From Gammaproteobacteria bacterium RIFCSPHIGHO2_12_FULL_37_34 (GTDB lineage: Bacteria; Pseudomonadota; Gammaproteobacteria; DSM-16500): a stretch of 39,822 nucleotides of DNA. The translations under genes were made by a program, and so were the position numbers. How positions within the stretch are numbered: position 1 is the first letter of the stretch; every line of letters starts with the position of its first letter. Under the pieces are notes generated by a model. The model was given only the letters and a program-made list of their open reading frames with translations, was not told the origin of the DNA and made no database searches. This document shows, in pieces, positions 36,442-39,822 of the stretch. The stretch covers positions 1-39,822 of the forward strand of contig MGXW01000068.1 in assembly GCA_001801495.1 (NCBI GenBank), in the 5' to 3' direction.

Positions 36442-38610
36442 GTGTTTGATGCTGATCGCCCTATTATAAATAGCTCGCAAGATCGCTTAAATCGTGCCAC
36501 ATTCTCAAAATATTTAGCGCGCTCCATTCTGGATCATCAAACCCCTGAAAGCTTTGTCATTGGTTTATATGGTAGCTCTGGAGTAGGAAAAACCTCCATC
36601 ATCAACATGATGATTGAAGAATTAAATGTTGCGGGAAGCAATATGCTTCCTGAAGAAAAACCTATTATCTTAAATTTTAGTCCTTGGAGTTATTCCGGAC
36701 AAAATCAATTAATTTATAGTTTCTTTCGTAGGCTATCCTCTATGTTACGTGGTGTACCTGAACTAAATAATAAAGATAAGATCATTCATTTGCTCGAATT
36801 ATATGTATCCTTTTTTACTCACCGAATGGTTCCTCAATCTTTACGCATCAAGCAATCCTGGTTTTCTCGTTTGCTTTCTAAACAAAATAATGAGATTTAT
36901 GGTTGGGAATCAGGACGTGATCTCACATTAGTAAAAACCGAACTGAATGAATTGTTAGGACAACAAAAACATAAGATTATTATTGTAATTGATAATATTT
37001 CTAGACTATACGACCACGAAATCAAACAGATTTTTCAAATTGTAAAATCGATCGGTGATTATACGAATACAACCTATTTGCTTTCTTTCGATAAGACACA
37101 AGTCATTCATGCCATTTGTCGCGTTGATCACGATAGTGGTGATGAATTAGTTGAAAAAATTATTCAACTACCCTTTGAAGTGCCGCCCATTTTGCATCAA
37201 GACCTGGAAAATATTTTAGCTGATCGTTTGAATGTAATGATCAGAACCATCCCAGAAGAAGCGTGGAATAGTGAGTATTGGGCAGATATTTATTTTGCCT
37301 CATTAAAATTCTTTTTTGAAAATTGTCGTGACATTACTCGCTATGTGAATACGTTACAATTTAGTTATGCGCGTTTACGTGACATTGTCAATCCGGTTGA
37401 TTTTTTTGCCTTAACTGCTATCGAAGTATTTCTGCCGCGACTATATTTTGGTATCCGTGATAATAAGGATTTATTTACTGACTTATTGGATGATGTCTAT
37501 CAATTAGATGAAAAACACATTCAAAAAGATAAAATTCGTTGCGATGAAATTTTAGGGCGTGCTGAAAAACAGCACCCCATGATATTAGAATTATTAATGC
37601 GCCTTTTTCCTAGGCTACGCCGTATTTATCAACCTAACATGTTAACGTATCATTCACCAACCATCGCCAGAAAACTGCGTCGCATTTGTAGTCCTGATTT
37701 ATTTGATGCTTATTTTAGGTTATCGATGCAAACTGGGCAAATTCTTGAATCGGAGTTTGAAACTATTCTATCATTAGCTAATGATAGAGAAGCATTTGAT
37801 CAAGCGCTGACACGGTTAAATCAAGACGAGCGCATTCTTAAATTTTTAGATCAACTGGATAGCAAAGTAATCGATCGCATTCCTCACCATCATATTGCAA
37901 TTATTATATCTGCCTTATTAGATAATGGCGATTTATGCCCCCAAGGAATAGGACCACCTTTAAACTTAGATACACCCATGCGTATTCATCGCATTATTCA
38001 TGGATTGTTACAACGATTTAAAAAGGCTGAAGAACGGTTTGCTGTTTTAGAAACAGCTATTCGTCATGCCACTAAAAGTATTTGTTTAATTGTACAGGAA
38101 TTGAAAGAACAAGGTCGCGAACATCTTGAGCAAGAAGATACGTTTGTACCACTAGAATTTCGTGATGTGAGGCCTGAGGAATTAAATGCATTACACAAAT
38201 TAGCTGTCACCAAAATTGAAGAATGGGCACAAAATGGTCGCCTGGCAGAACATCCTCATTTATTACCTATTCTCTATGCATGGCGAGATTGGGGAAATCC
38301 TGAAGATTGCAAAAAATTTATCGAAGATCTGGTGCAAACTGATCGTGGACTCCTTGCCTTACTCATGACAACACTTGAGAAAGCCATTACCCAAACCATG
38401 AGTGAGTATGAAAGAAATCCTGCTTGGGAAATTTACCTCGATGACATTCGAGCGTTTATACCTATTGAAAAAATAGCCGCGCATGCTAAATTGCTTTTTG
38501 AAGATCCTTATTTCGAAAAACTACGCGAAAGAGAACAGCTAGCTCTTATGATTTTTCTTGATTTAATCAACGTTAAAACCATCAAAACCATTCCGCGAAC
38601 AACCGCCTGA
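36442..38610 (+). CDS. KAP-family P-loop NTPase
   Basis: D.PI....QDRLNR..F, GLYGSSGVGKTS, FSPW, Walker B region IIIVIDNISRL, EKIIQLPFEVP, N.RD..R..N, F..YF; GTG start after AGGAG. Confidence 0.88.
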   Translation: MFDADRPIINSSQDRLNRATFSKYLARSILDHQTPESFVIGLYGSSGVGKTSIINMMIEELNVAGSNMLPEEKPIILNFSPWSYSGQNQLIYSFFRRLSSMLRGVPELNNKDKIIHLLELYVSFFTHRMVPQSLRIKQSWFSRLLSKQNNEIYGWESGRDLTLVKTELNELLGQQKHKIIIVIDNISRLYDHEIKQIFQIVKSIGDYTNTTYLLSFDKTQVIHAICRVDHDSGDELVEKIIQLPFEVPPILHQDLENILADRLNVMIRTIPEEAWNSEYWADIYFASLKFFFENCRDITRYVNTLQFSYARLRDIVNPVDFFALTAIEVFLPRLYFGIRDNKDLFTDLLDDVYQLDEKHIQKDKIRCDEILGRAEKQHPMILELLMRLFPRLRRIYQPNMLTYHSPTIARKLRRICSPDLFDAYFRLSMQTGQILESEFETILSLANDREAFDQALTRLNQDERILKFLDQLDSKVIDRIPHHHIAIIISALLDNGDLCPQGIGPPLNLDTPMRIHRIIHGLLQRFKKAEERFAVLETAIRHATKSICLIVQELKEQGREHLEQEDTFVPLEFRDVRPEELNALHKLAVTKIEEWAQNGRLAEHPHLLPILYAWRDWGNPEDCKKFIEDLVQTDRGLLALLMTTLEKAITQTMSEYERNPAWEIYLDDIRAFIPIEKIAAHAKLLFEDPYFEKLREREQLALMIFLDLINVKTIKTIPRTTA

Positions 38611-38620
38611 TAGCTTGCCA

Positions 38621-39781
38621 CTATAAATTAAAAATATATTTTAATCCTTTTTGCCAAGGCATAACAGTTATTGCACCATATTTTTTTGTATAAGCATCGT
38701 TAGATAAACACATCGTTTCTGCTTTTTTAAAGTCTTTACTTAGGGTAATCAATGTTCGTAAATCTTTTTCTTGTACTTGCTTATTGCTTTTAATTTCAAC
38801 AAATAAAATAGGTAAGCCAGGACGTTCTATCACTAAATCTACTTCGGCATCATCTTTAGTTTTTAAATAGGAAAATCGATATTCAGGAGCAAAATAAGCA
38901 GCTAGTTTGATACATTCTAAAATAATAAAATGCTCAAAAACTTCTCCATAGCTACTTGTGCTAGGGATAAGAGGAAGTGATAATGTTCGGGTGAGTGAGC
39001 GAACGACGCCTAGATCGAAATAATAAAACTTGGGTTTTAAACTTAATCGCTTACGAAAAGAATGTTCAAAAGGCTCTAACATAAATCCAATTAATGTATC
39101 TTCTAAAATAGAAAAATATTCTTTTATTGTTTTATCGTCGACACCTACATCGCGTGCAATATTAGCATAATTAATAATTTTTCCATTACTTTGAGCAGAA
39201 ACTTCTAAAAATCGTCTAAATGGATCTAATTTTCTGATGAATTGCTCAGCCCAAATTTCTTCTCTCAAATAAGTATGTGTATAAGCTTGAAGAAATTTCA
39301 TTCGTTCTTCATCAGTGTCTAATTGGTGAATTTTAGGTAACAACCCCCAACGTAAACTATGGTTCAAATTAAATTGTTTCCCTAATTCAATAAAGGAAAA
39401 AGGAAAAAGATGATAGACGAATGCGCGTCCAGCCAACAAATTGACCCCTTTTTGTTTTAGTTTGCGTGCACTTGAGCCACTCATAACGAAATGAATGGAT
39501 GTGGTTTCAATTAAATGATGTACGATGTTTAGCAGTTGAGGGACTTTTTGAATTTCATCTACTATCACATGAGTAATCTTAGGTGATGCGCCTAATACAA
39601 TAGCTCGCAATTCGTCAGGATTAATTGCCATTAACTCTTCTGTTGATGGCTCCAGTAAATTGATCCAAATACTTTTCTCGTGAGTAAACACTTGCTGTAA
39701 TAAAGTACTTTTTCCTGTATTACGAGCACCAAATAAAAAAAGACTTCGATTTTTTGGCAATTTTAATAAGCGTGGCAACAT
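38621..39781 (-). CDS. AAA+ ATPase with DUF4143 / PD-(D/E)XK-like C-terminus
   Basis: GARNTGKST, VDEIQKVP, SGSSARKL, NLLAGRA, PKFYYFDLG, FEHFI, AEVDLVIE, VEIKS; ATG 39781 after GAGG. Confidence 0.92.
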   Translation of the reverse strand: MLPRLLKLPKNRSLFLFGARNTGKSTLLQQVFTHEKSIWINLLEPSTEELMAINPDELRAIVLGASPKITHVIVDEIQKVPQLLNIVHHLIETTSIHFVMSGSSARKLKQKGVNLLAGRAFVYHLFPFSFIELGKQFNLNHSLRWGLLPKIHQLDTDEERMKFLQAYTHTYLREEIWAEQFIRKLDPFRRFLEVSAQSNGKIINYANIARDVGVDDKTIKEYFSILEDTLIGFMLEPFEHSFRKRLSLKPKFYYFDLGVVRSLTRTLSLPLIPSTSSYGEVFEHFIILECIKLAAYFAPEYRFSYLKTKDDAEVDLVIERPGLPILFVEIKSNKQVQEKDLRTLITLSKDFKKAETMCLSNDAYTKKYGAITVMPWQKGLKYIFNL

Positions 39782-39822
39782 AAACTTGTCCTCGGACCAT
39801 ACTCCGAAATTGTACGCCATTT

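Noticed and set aside
39782-39820. 13-aa N-terminal extension of the last AAA+ gene
   Set aside because: ATG 39781 has a GAGG RBS and gives the family-typical start (MLPRLL).
1-39822. CRISPR array, tRNA/rRNA, integrase or transposase, dif site, DnaA-box cluster
   Set aside because: No regularly spaced repeats, cloverleaf-like segments, recombinase motifs or matching sites were seen by eye; intergenic gaps are short. A tRNAscan/Infernal run would be needed to exclude small RNAs.

Overview
AT-rich, gene-dense bacterial chromosome segment. Gene content (parE/parC, ubiK, nudF, epmB, a fungal-type secreted glucoamylase, large orphan effector-like proteins) fits a Legionellales/Coxiellaceae-like gammaproteobacterium; this taxonomy is inference. 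Housekeeping genes are hemC, ubiK, nudF, parE, glpK, trhO-like, parC, pyrD, uvrD, engB, glmS, glmU, thpR, parB and epmB. Accessory content comprises a type IV (AbiE-like) and a type II (RHH/RelE) toxin-antitoxin pair, two AAA+DUF4143 ATPases (one frameshifted at a GATCC tandem repeat), a KAP P-loop NTPase with a degenerate Walker B, a PhaJ-Pta fusion coupled to a short PhaE, an uncharacterised cupin-type protein head-to-head with an orphan PqqD/RRE protein, and a sensorless kinase pair. The best leads are: (1) a 5'-partial protein of at least 931 aa with ankyrin-like repeats and a candidate tandem HEPN RNase C-terminus; (2) the cupin + PqqD pair as a possible peptide-modification system; (3) a perfect 40-bp inverted repeat after parE; (4) a 2H-phosphoesterase + SAMHD1-like HD pair coupled to glmU. 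No rRNA, tRNA, CRISPR array or transposase was recognised. All calls come from reading motifs by eye; no searches were run.
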